From NCBI GenBank assembly GCA_963716725.1, contig CAVQUB010000017.1, positions 19,863 through 83,862 of the forward strand: 64,000 nt of DNA. The letters are read 5' to 3'. The position numbers were made by a program, and so were the translations under genes. Under the pieces are notes generated by a model, which was not told where the DNA came from, searched no databases, and saw nothing but the letters and a program-made list of their open reading frames with translations. Within the stretch, counting starts at the first letter, position 1. Every line of letters starts with the position of its first letter. Positions 1 through 10,188 of this stretch are shown one piece after another. The DNA comes from an uncultured delta proteobacterium (GTDB lineage Bacteria; Myxococcota_A; Polyangia; Polyangiales; Polyangiaceae).

Positions 1-289
1 TCACCCCGTCCTTGGCGCGCAACGTCACGCTGAAGGCGTTGACGGCCCCGGTGCTGGCCACTTGCGCCAGCATTTGCTGACGCTGCTCGGGATCCACGTA
101 GAACTGGAGGATGTTCTCGCCGATCATCGCCTCTTGCCGTTCGAAGCCCGCGGCGCGAGCCAAGGCGGCGTTGGCGAAGCGGATAGTGCCGTCGAGCTGC
201 ACCTCGAACACACCGATCGGTCCGTCTTGGAGGATGCGCGCGTAGCGGCGCGCGACCGAAACCAGCTCGTCGTCCGTGTTTCCGCTCAA
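1..289 (-). CDS. PAS-domain sensor protein, N-terminal part (runs off window start)
   Basis: Manual translation of the minus strand gives (L/M)SGNTDDELVSVARRYARILQDGPIGVFEVQLDGTIRFANAALARAAGFERQEAMIGENILQFYVDPEQR...LRAKDG, a typical PAS signature. Start codon uncertain. Confidence 0.75.
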   Translation of the reverse strand, partial: MSGNTDDELVSVARRYARILQDGPIGVFEVQLDGTIRFANAALARAAGFERQEAMIGENILQFYVDPEQRQQMLAQVASTGAVNAFSVTLRAKDGV

Positions 290-349
290 GGCTTGCTCCG
301 TCCACAAGGTACACCCGTGGCGCCGAGCAGGAGCGAATCGATGCAACCG

Positions 350-1717
350 CTACCCGACCCGACCATCCGGCGGCGGCTTGCCCGACTCGGGGGGCGGTCG
401 AGCCGGCAGTGCCTTGGGCGGCTCACGCCCGGCGAGCACCGGCAGCAAGTCCCACGAGCGCTCGCCCGTGATGAGCCGCGCCCCGCGCCGGTAGGTCAGG
501 TAATTCCAGAGCCAGTTGGCCAGGACGCTGATGCGGTTGCGGAAGCCGATCAGAAACCAGATGTGAATGAAGAGCCAGGCGCACCAGGCCAAAAAGCCGC
601 TCATGCGCAGGGAACCGTTCATGGCTTGAGCCACCGCGCGCGAACGACCGATGGTCGACATCATGCCCTTGTCGACGTACCGAAAGGGCCGCTCGCGTTT
701 GGTGGTACCAGCGATGATCCGGGCCACGTAGCGCCCCTGCTGCAGCGCGACGGGAGCGAGGCCGGGCAGCGGCGCGTCGTCACCTGCTTGGACCATGTGC
801 GCGATGTCGCCGATGGCGAAGACCTGCGGGTGTTCGGCGACGGAGCAATCCACGCCCACCTTGATGCGCCCGGCGCGATCGAGCTCAGTGCCCACCGTGC
901 GGGCCAGACCCCTGGCCTTGACGCCGGCGGTCCAGAGCACCGTCGCCGCGTCGATGCGCTCGCCGCCGCCGACGCCCACTCCGTCGCGATCGATGGTCTC
1001 CACCGAGGTGCCGACCCGCACCTCGACGCCCAGCTCGACCAGCTGGCGCAGCGCCCGCTTGCTCAGCTTGGGATCGAATCCGCCCGACAGCAGACGATCG
1101 CTGCGTTCGACCAACACGATGCGGGCGATGCTCGGATCGATGGTGCGGAAGTCGTCCGCCAGGACGGTCCGCGCCAGATCGCTGAGGGCGCCCGCCACCT
1201 CGACGCCGGTGGGACCGCCGCCGATCACCACGAAGGTGAGCAGCCGCTGTCGCGTGGCCGAGTCCAGCTCGCGCTCTGCCGCCTCGAAGGCGAGCAGCAC
1301 GCGCCGGCGGATGGCCAGCGCTTCGTCCAGATCCTTGAGGCCGAGCGCATGGGGCCTCCACTCGCTCTCCTTGTCGAAATAGTTGGTGCGAGCCCCGGCG
1401 GCGATCACCAGCCAGTCGAAGGGCAGGTCACTGCCGTCGTCGAGCACGCAGCGCTTGCCCGCGAGATCGATGCTGGTCACCTCGGCCAGGAGCACCCGGG
1501 CGTTCTCTTGGTGACGGAGCACGGTGCGGATCGGGTAGGCGATGTCGGCTGGAGACAGGCCCGCTGTCGCGACTTGGTAGAGGAGCGGCTGGAACAGGTG
1601 GTGATTCGAGCGATCCACCAGCGTGAGCGTCACCGGCGCGCCGCACAGCTCGCGCGCCGCCGCGAGACCGCCGAAGCCGCCGCCGATGATCACCACTCTG
1701 TCGGGCTTCTTCTCCAT
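350..1717 (-). CDS. ndh: Type II NADH dehydrogenase (FAD/NAD(P)-dependent oxidoreductase)
   Basis: Two Rossmann motifs (IIGGGFGG, VIGGGPTGVE), HLFQPLLYQVAT, and a C-terminal AWLFIHI...RN motif. Alternative GTG start at 1729. Confidence 0.92.
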   Translation of the reverse strand: MEKKPDRVVIIGGGFGGLAAARELCGAPVTLTLVDRSNHHLFQPLLYQVATAGLSPADIAYPIRTVLRHQENARVLLAEVTSIDLAGKRCVLDDGSDLPFDWLVIAAGARTNYFDKESEWRPHALGLKDLDEALAIRRRVLLAFEAAERELDSATRQRLLTFVVIGGGPTGVEVAGALSDLARTVLADDFRTIDPSIARIVLVERSDRLLSGGFDPKLSKRALRQLVELGVEVRVGTSVETIDRDGVGVGGGERIDAATVLWTAGVKARGLARTVGTELDRAGRIKVGVDCSVAEHPQVFAIGDIAHMVQAGDDAPLPGLAPVALQQGRYVARIIAGTTKRERPFRYVDKGMMSTIGRSRAVAQAMNGSLRMSGFLAWCAWLFIHIWFLIGFRNRISVLANWLWNYLTYRRGARLITGERSWDLLPVLAGREPPKALPARPPPESGKPPPDGRVG

Positions 1718-1743
1718 GGGTTGCGTCACTTCACGCGGAGCGG

Positions 1744-2517
1744 TCAGATCTCGCGCTTCCAGAAGAAGCCGCGATCGATGCGGTCCTGTCGGAATTGTCC
1801 CAGCCGCTCGAAGTCGAGATCGTAGACGCTGGCGCCCGCCGGATCGATGGGGCGGAAGAAGCGCTCGGGATCGACGCCGGTCGGATCCGCGAAGCCGCCG
1901 ACGCCACTGGTGAACAGCATCGGCAGTGATGACGGGTACCCCCAGTCGCTCACTCCCACGTAGGTGCCCATCTCGTAGGCCCGCGCGATGGCGAGGTGGC
2001 GCCAGAGCTCGCGCGAATAGTCCGGGGTCGCCTTACGGCTGACCGAGAGCGCGGGCACCAGCACCACGTCCGGCAAGTGCTCTGCCCGGTGGAAGAGATC
2101 CGAGAACCAGAAGTCCGCGCAGATCAAGACCAAGAAGCGGCGACCGCCGATCACGAATTCTCCCGGAGCGGTACCTCCGCGGACCGCGGCTCGCTCGCCA
2201 GCATAAGGTCGCACCTTCTCGTACCTGCCGAGCACGGCCCCGTCGGCATCCACCGCGATGCCCGCGTTCACCAGCTCGCCGTCGCGCGCCTCCTGGTGAG
2301 AGCCGCCGACCACATTGCAGCCGGACTGACGCGCCAAATCGCTGATCGCCCGCCGGTACTGCTCGCGCGAGTGCGTCATCGTGACGCGCTCCGGCAAGAG
2401 CAGCACGTCACTCTTCACGGGTTCGATCTTCGCCGCACGGAGCGTCTGCGAGATCGCGCCGAGGTTGTCGGCGCCGTCGGTGTGGTCGAGCTGAGGTTGC
2501 ACCAAGATGAGGCGCAT
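1744..2517 (-). CDS. Carbon-nitrogen hydrolase (nitrilase/amidase superfamily)
   Basis: Glu-Lys-Cys triad motifs: LLLPE, YEK, LICADFWF. Confidence 0.85.
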   Translation of the reverse strand: MRLILVQPQLDHTDGADNLGAISQTLRAAKIEPVKSDVLLLPERVTMTHSREQYRRAISDLARQSGCNVVGGSHQEARDGELVNAGIAVDADGAVLGRYEKVRPYAGERAAVRGGTAPGEFVIGGRRFLVLICADFWFSDLFHRAEHLPDVVLVPALSVSRKATPDYSRELWRHLAIARAYEMGTYVGVSDWGYPSSLPMLFTSGVGGFADPTGVDPERFFRPIDPAGASVYDLDFERLGQFRQDRIDRGFFWKREI

Positions 2518-2601
2518 GCGTCACCCACCTAGCACGACCCGCGCGCTTGGATTAACCTCCGGCGTCGCTTGACTCGGGAGACAATCGCCATGCTGCCGTC
2601 A

Positions 2602-3651
2602 ATGAAGCTCTTGCGTTGGGGTGTTTTGGGTGTCGGATTCGCGCTGGCAGTCGCCTGCGGTGGCAGCAGCTCGGAAGACAAGCCGGCTTCGGGCGGCGCG
2701 GCTGGCGCGTCGGGGAGCGGCGGCGCCTCGGGCGCGACCGGAGGCACGAGCAGTGGCGGCGCGAGCGGCAGCGGCTCAGGTGGCGCGGGCGGTCGTGGCT
2801 CGGGCGGCGCGGCCGGCGGAGCCGTGTGCAACTCCCACGCGTACGGGCCGGGCAAGCTGGTCTACGTCGATTACGAACAGTTCACGCCCAAGCTGAACAG
2901 CAGCTGCTCCGGAACGAACCACCAGGACATCCAGACCCCGGAGCAGCTCGTGTTCCTCGGCGACTCCATCACAGTGGGGACTCCGCCCACGCCCGGGACC
3001 CTCGTCTATCGAACCCTCCTCACCAACCTGGCCAAGGCTCAGTGGCCGAGCATTGCGGTCAAGAGCTGCGCGGTGAACGGCGCGAAGACCGACGACTTTC
3101 TCGCCGGCGGCAACCAGATCTCGAAGTGTTTCCCCGCATCTGAGCAGAAGAAGACCCTGGTCGTGATCACCATGGGCGGCAACGACATCAAGGCCATGGC
3201 CCAGAAGAAGCTGTCCGCGACGCCGGCCCTGGCCGAGGCGGACAAGATCCTCGCCAACATGAAGCAGGCCGTGGACTGGCTCAAGAGCCCGACCAACTTC
3301 CCGAACGGCTCGTGGGTCGTGTTCGCCAACGTCTACGAATACACTGACTTGACGGCCGATCTGGGCTCCTGCCCCACCGCCAACCTGATCGGTTTGTCGG
3401 GCAAGTGGGAGGTCGCCACGGCGGCGATCGTCAAGCTGCGCGAGGGCTACATGAAGATCGCCGTCGAGGCCAAGGCCGACATGATCTTCTTGGGCGAACA
3501 CTTCTGCGGGCACGGCTACAAATACGCCGACACCAAGCAGCAGTGCTACATCCCGAACTCGAGCAACTGGTTCGACATCACCTGCATTCACCCGAACAAC
3601 GCCGGGCACAAAGAGGTAGCCGACCTGTTCTGGAAGACCATCGCCGAGTGA
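2602..3651 (+). CDS. SGNH/GDSL hydrolase lipoprotein
   Basis: Lipobox LAVAC, Gly/Ser linker, FLGDSIT, GGND, and C-terminal D..CIHPN. Confidence 0.85.
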   Translation: MKLLRWGVLGVGFALAVACGGSSSEDKPASGGAAGASGSGGASGATGGTSSGGASGSGSGGAGGRGSGGAAGGAVCNSHAYGPGKLVYVDYEQFTPKLNSSCSGTNHQDIQTPEQLVFLGDSITVGTPPTPGTLVYRTLLTNLAKAQWPSIAVKSCAVNGAKTDDFLAGGNQISKCFPASEQKKTLVVITMGGNDIKAMAQKKLSATPALAEADKILANMKQAVDWLKSPTNFPNGSWVVFANVYEYTDLTADLGSCPTANLIGLSGKWEVATAAIVKLREGYMKIAVEAKADMIFLGEHFCGHGYKYADTKQQCYIPNSSNWFDITCIHPNNAGHKEVADLFWKTIAE

Positions 3652-3666
3652 GGGCGTGCGCGCCCT

Positions 3667-4149
3667 CTACGGAGCGAGGTCTTTTCGGAAGTAGAACTCG
3701 ACCGTGAAGCTCTTGTCGTGCAGCTCACGGGTGGTGGCGCCGCGCGAGTAGCCCCGGCGCTCGTAGAAGGCGTGGGCCGTCGCGAAGCGCGTGTCGCTCC
3801 ACAGATCGATGAAGCGTGCGCCGCGCTCCCGTGCCCGCGCCTCGACGCGATTGTGGAGCTGGCCGCCCAGGCCGTGTTTGCGCGCGCAGGCGTGCACGTA
3901 GAGCTTCTTCAGCTCGACGCCGCTCGGATCCTTCGCGGGCGAGTAGCCGATGCAGCCGGCGATTTCTCCGTCACGCTCGCTCACCCAGAACTCGCCGTCG
4001 TGCTCCCGAAAGTAGCTCGCGATGGCCCGGAGCTCGGGCAGCTCGCCGTCGACGTCCATCACGCAGCCCGGATACTCGGCGAACACGCCGCCGATCAAGG
4101 CGATCAGGCCCGCCGCGTCGTCGTCGTGGGCCTCGCGGATCGTCAGCAC
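3667..4149 (-). CDS. GNAT family N-acetyltransferase
   Basis: ELKKLYV...RKHGLG motif A; AHAFYERRGY. Confidence 0.88.
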   Translation of the reverse strand: MLTIREAHDDDAAGLIALIGGVFAEYPGCVMDVDGELPELRAIASYFREHDGEFWVSERDGEIAGCIGYSPAKDPSGVELKKLYVHACARKHGLGGQLHNRVEARARERGARFIDLWSDTRFATAHAFYERRGYSRGATTRELHDKSFTVEFYFRKDLAP

Positions 4150-4450
4150 GGGCGGGAGCGATGAGAAGGAAGAAGAAAAAGGAAGATCGCTCGCGTCAAG
4201 CGCGCACCGGGGTGCGCAAGGATCTGGAGAACGGCAGCAGCTCAGCCCAATGCCGGCATCGGCAGGCGCAAGCGCTGGAGGAGCTCGATGAGGCGTCGCA
4301 TGGTTGGTTCCGCTCCGGCTCGTTCATGTGAGCCGATGTGCGCGGCCCTCTTACAAGAGGCCCTCAGGATTTGCAAGTTCTCGAGTGCCGTCGAGGCTAA
4401 GTGCTCGAAAGCTCGTGGCGCTGGCGCTGGATTCGGCTACTTCCAGGGGC

Positions 4451-5497
4451 ATGGCTGAACCACGCCTGTTGGTGGTGGGCTGCGGCGCCATCGGAGGCAT
4501 CCTGGCGGGGCACCTGCTCGAGATCGGGCACGACGTCTCGCTGCTCACGACCAACTCCGAGATCGCAGCGGCGCTCCGCGAGCGCGGCGTTCGGGTGACC
4601 GGCGACGAGCCACCCGTGCCAGCGCATGCCCGTGCGGTGTTCGAGCAGCTCGGGCCGGACGTCCAACCCTTCGACTACATCTTCCTCGCGACCCAACCGC
4701 CGCAGGTCGAGGCGGCGGCCGAGAGTGCGGCGGCTTGGCTGGCTGCTGACGGCCGCGTGGTCTGTTTTCAGAACGGACTCTGCGAGGAGCGGGTGGCGAA
4801 GATCGTCGGGCCCGATCGCGTGATCGGTGCGGTCGTCGCCTGGGGAGCGTCGATGCTCGAGCCGGGGCTCTACGAGCGGACCAGCTCGGGAGGCTTCAGC
4901 GTCGGCCGACTCGACGGCAGTCGGGACTCTCGGCTCGACCACCTCGCTCGGATCCTCGAAGCGATTGGTCCGGTCAGCATCACGGACAACCTGCGCGGAG
5001 CGCGCTGGAGCAAGCTCGCTATCAACTGTGCCATCTCGACTCTCGGCACCATCGGCGGTGACCGGCTCGGCGTGCTGTTGCGGCAGCGCTACGTCCGCCG
5101 ATTGGCGCTCGAGGTGATGACCGAGGTCGTGGCCGTTGCGCGGGCAGAGAACGTGAGGCTCGAGAAGGTCAGCGGGACCCTGGATCTCGACTGGATCGCC
5201 CTGACGCCTTCGGAGCGGACCGCCGCCGGCTCGCCGGGCCTGATGGCCAAACACACGCTCCTGCTCGCCGTCGGCGCACGCTACCGGCGGCTCCGATCGA
5301 GCATGCTCGCGGCCATCGAGCGCGGGCGTCCTCCCGCAGTCGAGTTCCTCAACGGCGAGGTGATCTCGCGCGCGGAGCAGCACGGCCTCGCCGCCCCGAT
5401 CAACCGTGCCGCTCGGGATCTGGTCTGGAGCATCGCCCGCGGCGAAGCCGAGGCCTCCCATTCGACTCTGCGCGCGTTATACGAGCGGACCCGGTGA
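4451..5497 (+). CDS. panE: 2-dehydropantoate 2-reductase (ketopantoate reductase family)
   Basis: VVGCGAIGG, FQNG, WSKLAINCAI, SSML...GR...VEFLNG. Confidence 0.8.
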   Translation: MAEPRLLVVGCGAIGGILAGHLLEIGHDVSLLTTNSEIAAALRERGVRVTGDEPPVPAHARAVFEQLGPDVQPFDYIFLATQPPQVEAAAESAAAWLAADGRVVCFQNGLCEERVAKIVGPDRVIGAVVAWGASMLEPGLYERTSSGGFSVGRLDGSRDSRLDHLARILEAIGPVSITDNLRGARWSKLAINCAISTLGTIGGDRLGVLLRQRYVRRLALEVMTEVVAVARAENVRLEKVSGTLDLDWIALTPSERTAAGSPGLMAKHTLLLAVGARYRRLRSSMLAAIERGRPPAVEFLNGEVISRAEQHGLAAPINRAARDLVWSIARGEAEASHSTLRALYERTR

Positions 5498-6069
5498 ACA
5501 AGCTCGCGTTCCTCCTCGTGCTCCTCTCGGTCTTGGGCTGCAACCGAGGCGGCGACGAGCCCAAGACGCTGTACCCGGCCGGGCAGTTTTCGCTCACGGA
5601 CCAAGGCGGCGCGCGCTTTGGCACCGCTGAGCTGGCGGGCAAGCCCTGGATCGCGGCGTTCTTCTTCACGCGCTGTCCGACCATTTGCCCCAAGATCACC
5701 CGGCGCATGAAGGAGCTTCAGATCACGGCCAAGGCCAAGCGCATCGACGTGCGCTTCGTCAGCATCAGCGTCGACCCCGAGAACGACACGCCCGCGGTGC
5801 TCCGGGAGTACATCGAGAAGAACGCCATCGACACCAGCTCGTGGACGCTGCTCACCGGGGACTACGAGGCGGTGAAGAAGACCACCCTCGACGGCTTCAA
5901 GGTCGCCTTGGCCGGCAAGGCCGACGCGGCCGCCGAGGACTTCGGCATCATGCACGGCTCCCACCTGGTGCTAGTGGACAAGGCCGGGCAGATCCGCGGC
6001 TACTACAAGACCAGCGACGACCACGAGATGCGCTTGCTGATGGTGCACGCGGGCAAGATCGCCAAGTAG
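5494..6069 (+). CDS. SCO family copper chaperone lipoprotein
   Basis: FFTRCPTICP (CxxxC), SVDPENDTP, IMHGS His ligand. Confidence 0.9.
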   Translation: MNKLAFLLVLLSVLGCNRGGDEPKTLYPAGQFSLTDQGGARFGTAELAGKPWIAAFFFTRCPTICPKITRRMKELQITAKAKRIDVRFVSISVDPENDTPAVLREYIEKNAIDTSSWTLLTGDYEAVKKTTLDGFKVALAGKADAAAEDFGIMHGSHLVLVDKAGQIRGYYKTSDDHEMRLLMVHAGKIAK

Positions 6070-6072
6070 ACA

Positions 6073-6122
6073 AAACTCGAACGCCGCGGCCCCCGGTAGC
6101 GGGAGCGCGCGGCGCGCGAGCT
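6073..6122 (-). terminator. Probable intrinsic terminator between convergent genes
   Basis: GC-rich inverted repeat (cgccgcg...cgcggcg) followed by a short T tract on the minus strand. Confidence 0.4.
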
Positions 6123-6132
6123 GGAACGGATC

Positions 6133-6897
6133 TCAGTAGTAGCCGAGGATGCTGACGCTGAGCCCGTAGGAGGTCAGCTTGGCGTCCGTCTCGGTGCTGG
6201 GCCCCGTCGGCGGCTCGTTCTTGACCGTGCCCGACAGGCCGTAGTCCACGTAGGGGCCGACCAAGATGGCGAAGTTCTCGATGGGCGAGATGCCGACCAT
6301 GGCCTCGACCGTGAGCGCCATCCCGCTGAAGGTGTCGGTGTCTGTGCCCGTGCCGGAGTCCGACTCGGTCTTGGAGTTGAAGTAGGTGATGCCCGCGCGC
6401 GGCCAGATCGAGAATGTCTCGTCGAAGGCCATGGCGTAGCCGACCCGCGGCGCGATGGCGAAGGTGGTGGTCTTCGGACCGTCGGTCGAACCGGCGTCAT
6501 TCTCGAGCTCGGTGGACTGTGAGAAGTACAGCAGCGAACCGCCGATGCTGACGCTCTCGATCACGAAGTAGTCGAGGGCCAGTCGCGGAATCATCAGGCT
6601 CGGGCCGCCGTCGCCGCCGCCGCCGGGGTTACCGAAGAGCGCGACGTTCGTCGCCTTGTACTTGATGTCACCGCCTTGGTCCGGCGAGAGGGTGGCTTGA
6701 TCCATCGAGATACCCATCACCCGATCGACGCCGAAGGTGAGCTGGGCTTCTTCACCGATGTTGTCGAGGCGGCTCGATCGCGCTGGCGGAGGTCCCGGGG
6801 TGTAGCTGCCCTGATAGCCGCCGCCGTATTGAGCCGAGGCGAGGCCGCTCACCAGAAACAACCCGAGCCCACACAGCGAAGTCAGTTTCGTCTTCAT
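6133..6897 (-). CDS. Outer membrane beta-barrel protein
   Basis: Signal peptide MKTKLTSLCGLGLFLVSGLASA, alternating amphipathic strands, C-terminal aromatic residues (ILGYY). The true start is well downstream of the ORF-track start. Confidence 0.75.
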   Translation of the reverse strand: MKTKLTSLCGLGLFLVSGLASAQYGGGYQGSYTPGPPPARSSRLDNIGEEAQLTFGVDRVMGISMDQATLSPDQGGDIKYKATNVALFGNPGGGGDGGPSLMIPRLALDYFVIESVSIGGSLLYFSQSTELENDAGSTDGPKTTTFAIAPRVGYAMAFDETFSIWPRAGITYFNSKTESDSGTGTDTDTFSGMALTVEAMVGISPIENFAILVGPYVDYGLSGTVKNEPPTGPSTETDAKLTSYGLSVSILGYY

Positions 6898-6965
6898 GAT
6901 TTCCTCCGAGAAGCGCGCTCGCTTATAGCCCCAGGCGGGCGGGGCTGTCCCGAGAAAAACCGACC

Positions 6966-8060
6966 TCAGGCCTCGAGCAGTGCCTGGACTTCCGTGATTT
7001 TCGCCTCGAGATCCGCGGGAGAATCGGCACAAACGGTCACGTGGCCGACCTTGCGCTGGGCACGCGGGCTCTTGCCGTAGTCGTGGAGGTGCGCGCCGCC
7101 GATGGCCATCACGCTGGCGGTGGAGGGCATGCGCCCGATGCAGTTGATCATGGCCGTCGGCCCCCGCACGGAGGTGTCGCCCAGCGGCAAGTCGCACACC
7201 GCGCGCAGGTGGTTCTCGAATTGGCTCGTCTGCGCGCCTTCGATGGTCCAATGCCCGGAGTTGTGCACGCGCGGCGCGATCTCGTTGGCGTGCAGGGTGC
7301 CGTCGACGTCGAAGAGTTCGAGGGCGAGCACCCCGACGTAATCGAGGCGCTCGAGCAGGCGCCGCGCGAAGTCTTCGGCTCCGTGCTGCAGCGCGGGATC
7401 GAGGTTTCTGGCCGGCGCCCGGCTCAGGCGCAGGATGCCCTCGCGGTGATCGTTCTCGACGAGCGGGTAGTATCGGATCTCGCCCGATCGGCTGCGCACG
7501 GCGATCAGGCTCAGCTCGCGCGAGAAGGGCACGAAGGCTTCCAGCAGGAGCTCCTGTCCACCGAGGGCGCGCCAGGCGTCGTTGGCGTCGTCCGCGCTTC
7601 GGATCAGCTGTTGCCCCTTGCCGTCGTAGCCGAAGCGGCGGGTCTTCAACACGGCGGGCAGGCCGATCTCGGCGAGGGCCCGGCGGAACGCGGCCTCGTC
7701 GCTGACCGCGGCGAACTGCGCGGTCGGGATGCCGAGGGCCTGGAACGCGGTCTTTTCGTGCAGGCGATCCCGCGCGACCGCGAGCGCCTTCGCCCCGGGA
7801 CAGACCTGCGTCTTGGCGGCGAGTCGCTCGACGACCTCCACCGGAACGTTTTCGAACTCGAAGGTGACGACGTCGCAGGCCGCGAGCTGGTCGAGCGCGC
7901 TGGCGTCGTTCCAAGGCGCGACGATTTGTTCGGCGATGGCCCCCGCCGGCGAGTCCGCGGTCGGATCCAAGAAGCAAAACCGAAAGCCCAGCGGGTAGCC
8001 GGCGAGCGCGATCATGCGCCCGAGCTGACCCGCTCCGAGCACGCCGACCTTCACCCTCAC
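6966..8060 (-). CDS. purK: N5-carboxyaminoimidazole ribonucleotide synthase
   Basis: [40 protein letters not shown]. Confidence 0.97.
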   Translation of the reverse strand: MRVKVGVLGAGQLGRMIALAGYPLGFRFCFLDPTADSPAGAIAEQIVAPWNDASALDQLAACDVVTFEFENVPVEVVERLAAKTQVCPGAKALAVARDRLHEKTAFQALGIPTAQFAAVSDEAAFRRALAEIGLPAVLKTRRFGYDGKGQQLIRSADDANDAWRALGGQELLLEAFVPFSRELSLIAVRSRSGEIRYYPLVENDHREGILRLSRAPARNLDPALQHGAEDFARRLLERLDYVGVLALELFDVDGTLHANEIAPRVHNSGHWTIEGAQTSQFENHLRAVCDLPLGDTSVRGPTAMINCIGRMPSTASVMAIGGAHLHDYGKSPRAQRKVGHVTVCADSPADLEAKITEVQALLEA

Positions 8061-8563
8061 TCTCCCTTGCGCGGATCGGGGTGATCCAAGACTTTGCGAG
8101 TCTGCTCGTCGCGGTGGCGACGATAGGCGTCCCGGATCTCCTCGTGCTTCGACCCCAGGATGGCCGCCGCCAAGAGCGCAGCGTTCACCGCGCCGGCGCG
8201 CCCGATGGCCAGGGTTCCCACCGGAATGCCGGCTGGCATTTGCACGATGGACAGCAGCGAGTCGATGCCCTTCAAGGTCTTGCTCTCGACCGGAACGCCG
8301 AGCACCGGCAAGGTGGTTTTGCTCGCAGCCATTCCCGGCAGGTGCGCGGCGCCGCCGGCGCCGGCGATCAGCACCTCGAGCCCGCGAGCTTCGGCGCCCG
8401 CGGCGTACTCGAACAGGAGATCGGGGGTGCGGTGGGCGCTCACCACCCGCACTTCGTTCGGCACGCCGAGCTCGTCCAAGGTGTCGACGGCGTGGCGCAT
8501 CGTCTCCCAGTCGCTCTGGGAGCCCATGATCACGCCGACGAGGGGAGCTCGCTTCTTCGCCAA
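8057..8563 (-). CDS. purE: N5-carboxyaminoimidazole ribonucleotide mutase
   Basis: [30 protein letters not shown]. Confidence 0.98.
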   Translation of the reverse strand: MAKKRAPLVGVIMGSQSDWETMRHAVDTLDELGVPNEVRVVSAHRTPDLLFEYAAGAEARGLEVLIAGAGGAAHLPGMAASKTTLPVLGVPVESKTLKGIDSLLSIVQMPAGIPVGTLAIGRAGAVNAALLAAAILGSKHEEIRDAYRRHRDEQTRKVLDHPDPRKGE

Positions 8564-8608
8564 AGGGTCGCCAATCTACCCCAGGGTCCGAAATGGTAGA
8601 AGCCTTCC

Positions 8609-9658
8609 ATGCGCCGCTCGGCCCTTCTCTTTGCCTGCATCGCCAGCGCCTGCGCCGCCGCGCCGCCGGCGCCCGGGCCCTCGCCGCCGAAACCGGTCCC
8701 CGCGGCTGCTCCCGCCGCCGGGCTCCCGCCGCTCAGCGAACGCGAGCGAGTCATCGCCGACGAGCTTCGGAGCGACGTCGCCGAGCTCGCGGGCAAGATC
8801 GGTGAGCGCAACGCCGACAAGAAGTGGGAGCTGGCCAGCGCCGCGGACTGGCTGGTCGAGTCCCTCGAGAAGATCGGCTACGCGGTCGCCCGCGACGGGC
8901 ACGAGATCGACGGCGTGCTCGTGCAGAACCTCTCGGTGCAGATCAGGGGCGGTAGCGCCGCCGACGAAGTGGTCGTGGTCGGCGCGCACTACGACAGCGC
9001 AACCGGGAGCCCCGGCGCCAACGACAACGCGAGCGGCGTCGCCGCCTTGCTCGCGCTCGCGCGTCGGTACCAGACCGCGTCGGCAGATCGCACGCTGCGC
9101 TTCGTGTTTTTCGCCAACGAAGAGCCGCCCTACTTCCAGACCCCGAAGATGGGCAGCCTGCTCTACGCCCAGGGCCTGGTTGTCCGGCGCGAGAACGTGG
9201 TGGCCATGCTCAGCCTCGAGAGCATTGGCGTTTACAGCGACGCTGCCGGCAGCCAACGCGCGCCCCAAGCCCTCGCGGGAAAGATCCCGACCATCGGTAA
9301 CTTCGCCGCCGTCGTCGGCAACACGGCGTCGAAGCCCTTGGTGGACCTCGTCGCCGAGGGGCTCTCGGTGCGCGGCAGCTTGCCCGCCGTCGGCGCGGCT
9401 CTGCCGGGCGAGGTGCCCGAGGCCGGCTGGTCCGATCACTGGTCGTTCTGGCAGATCGGCGTGCCCGCGGTGATGATCACGGACACGGCGCCCTTTCGCG
9501 ACGAGCACTATCACAAGCCGAGCGACACCCCGGAGCGCCTCGACTACGCGAGGGCGGCGCGGCTGGTGGCGGGCCTCGAGAGCGTGATCGCCGAGCTGGT
9601 GGGCGAGAGCGTCTCGCTCAAACCCGACAAGAAATCCAAAGACGTGCTCGCTCCTTGA
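8609..9658 (+). CDS. M28 family metallopeptidase (exported/lipoprotein)
   Basis: GAHYDS, GANDNASG, NEEPP, SDH, YH zinc-ligand motifs. Confidence 0.9.
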   Translation: MRRSALLFACIASACAAAPPAPGPSPPKPVPAAAPAAGLPPLSERERVIADELRSDVAELAGKIGERNADKKWELASAADWLVESLEKIGYAVARDGHEIDGVLVQNLSVQIRGGSAADEVVVVGAHYDSATGSPGANDNASGVAALLALARRYQTASADRTLRFVFFANEEPPYFQTPKMGSLLYAQGLVVRRENVVAMLSLESIGVYSDAAGSQRAPQALAGKIPTIGNFAAVVGNTASKPLVDLVAEGLSVRGSLPAVGAALPGEVPEAGWSDHWSFWQIGVPAVMITDTAPFRDEHYHKPSDTPERLDYARAARLVAGLESVIAELVGESVSLKPDKKSKDVLAP

Positions 9659-9690
9659 TCGCCGCCCGCAGCCGGTGCAACGCTCAGGGC

Positions 9691-10188
9691 GTGCGCGCGG
9701 ACCGTCGCAACTTCTTGCGCCTGTTTTCCCTGGCCAGCCTGGCCCTTGGCGGAGGCGTGGCGGTGGTGCGCGGCGGCAACTACCACCTGCCGAAAGGCGT
9801 GTCCCTCGCGCGGCTCTCGCCCTGGCAGTGGGCGGTCTTCGACGCGGTCGGCGCCCGCATCCTCGCGCCCGAGCGCGCTGACGTCGCGAGCTTCGCGGAC
9901 GGATACGTTGCCGGTCTCGCCGGCCGCGATCGCGACGACCTGATGGGGCTGCTCGCCTACGTCGAGCACCTGGCGCCCATCGGCGCCGGCTACGGCCCAC
10001 GCTTCACCCAGCTCGTGCCGACCGATCAGGACCGGGTGCTCGAAGGGATCGAGCAGAGCGCCATCGGACTTTTGCGTGGAGGGTTCCAGGCGCTCAAGGC
10101 CCTCGCGCTGATGGCGTACTACCGGCAAGACCTGTCGTTCTCGCCCATCGGTTACGGCGGCCCCGTCGTGAAGTGGAGCCCACGATGA
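9691..10188 (+). CDS. Small partner of GMC oxidoreductase (gluconate 2-dehydrogenase subunit 3-like), Tat-like signal
   Basis: RRNFLR twin-arginine motif, RFTQL...QDRVL, C-terminal IGYGGP. Overlaps the GMC gene start. Confidence 0.6.
   Translation: MRADRRNFLRLFSLASLALGGGVAVVRGGNYHLPKGVSLARLSPWQWAVFDAVGARILAPERADVASFADGYVAGLAGRDRDDLMGLLAYVEHLAPIGAGYGPRFTQLVPTDQDRVLEGIEQSAIGLLRGGFQALKALALMAYYRQDLSFSPIGYGGPVVKWSPR

Noticed and set aside
62..1825. 587-aa plus-strand ORF and similar long overlapping ORFs (for example 49344-52316 minus)
   Set aside because: Shadow frames of real genes in high-GC DNA, with no recognisable motifs.
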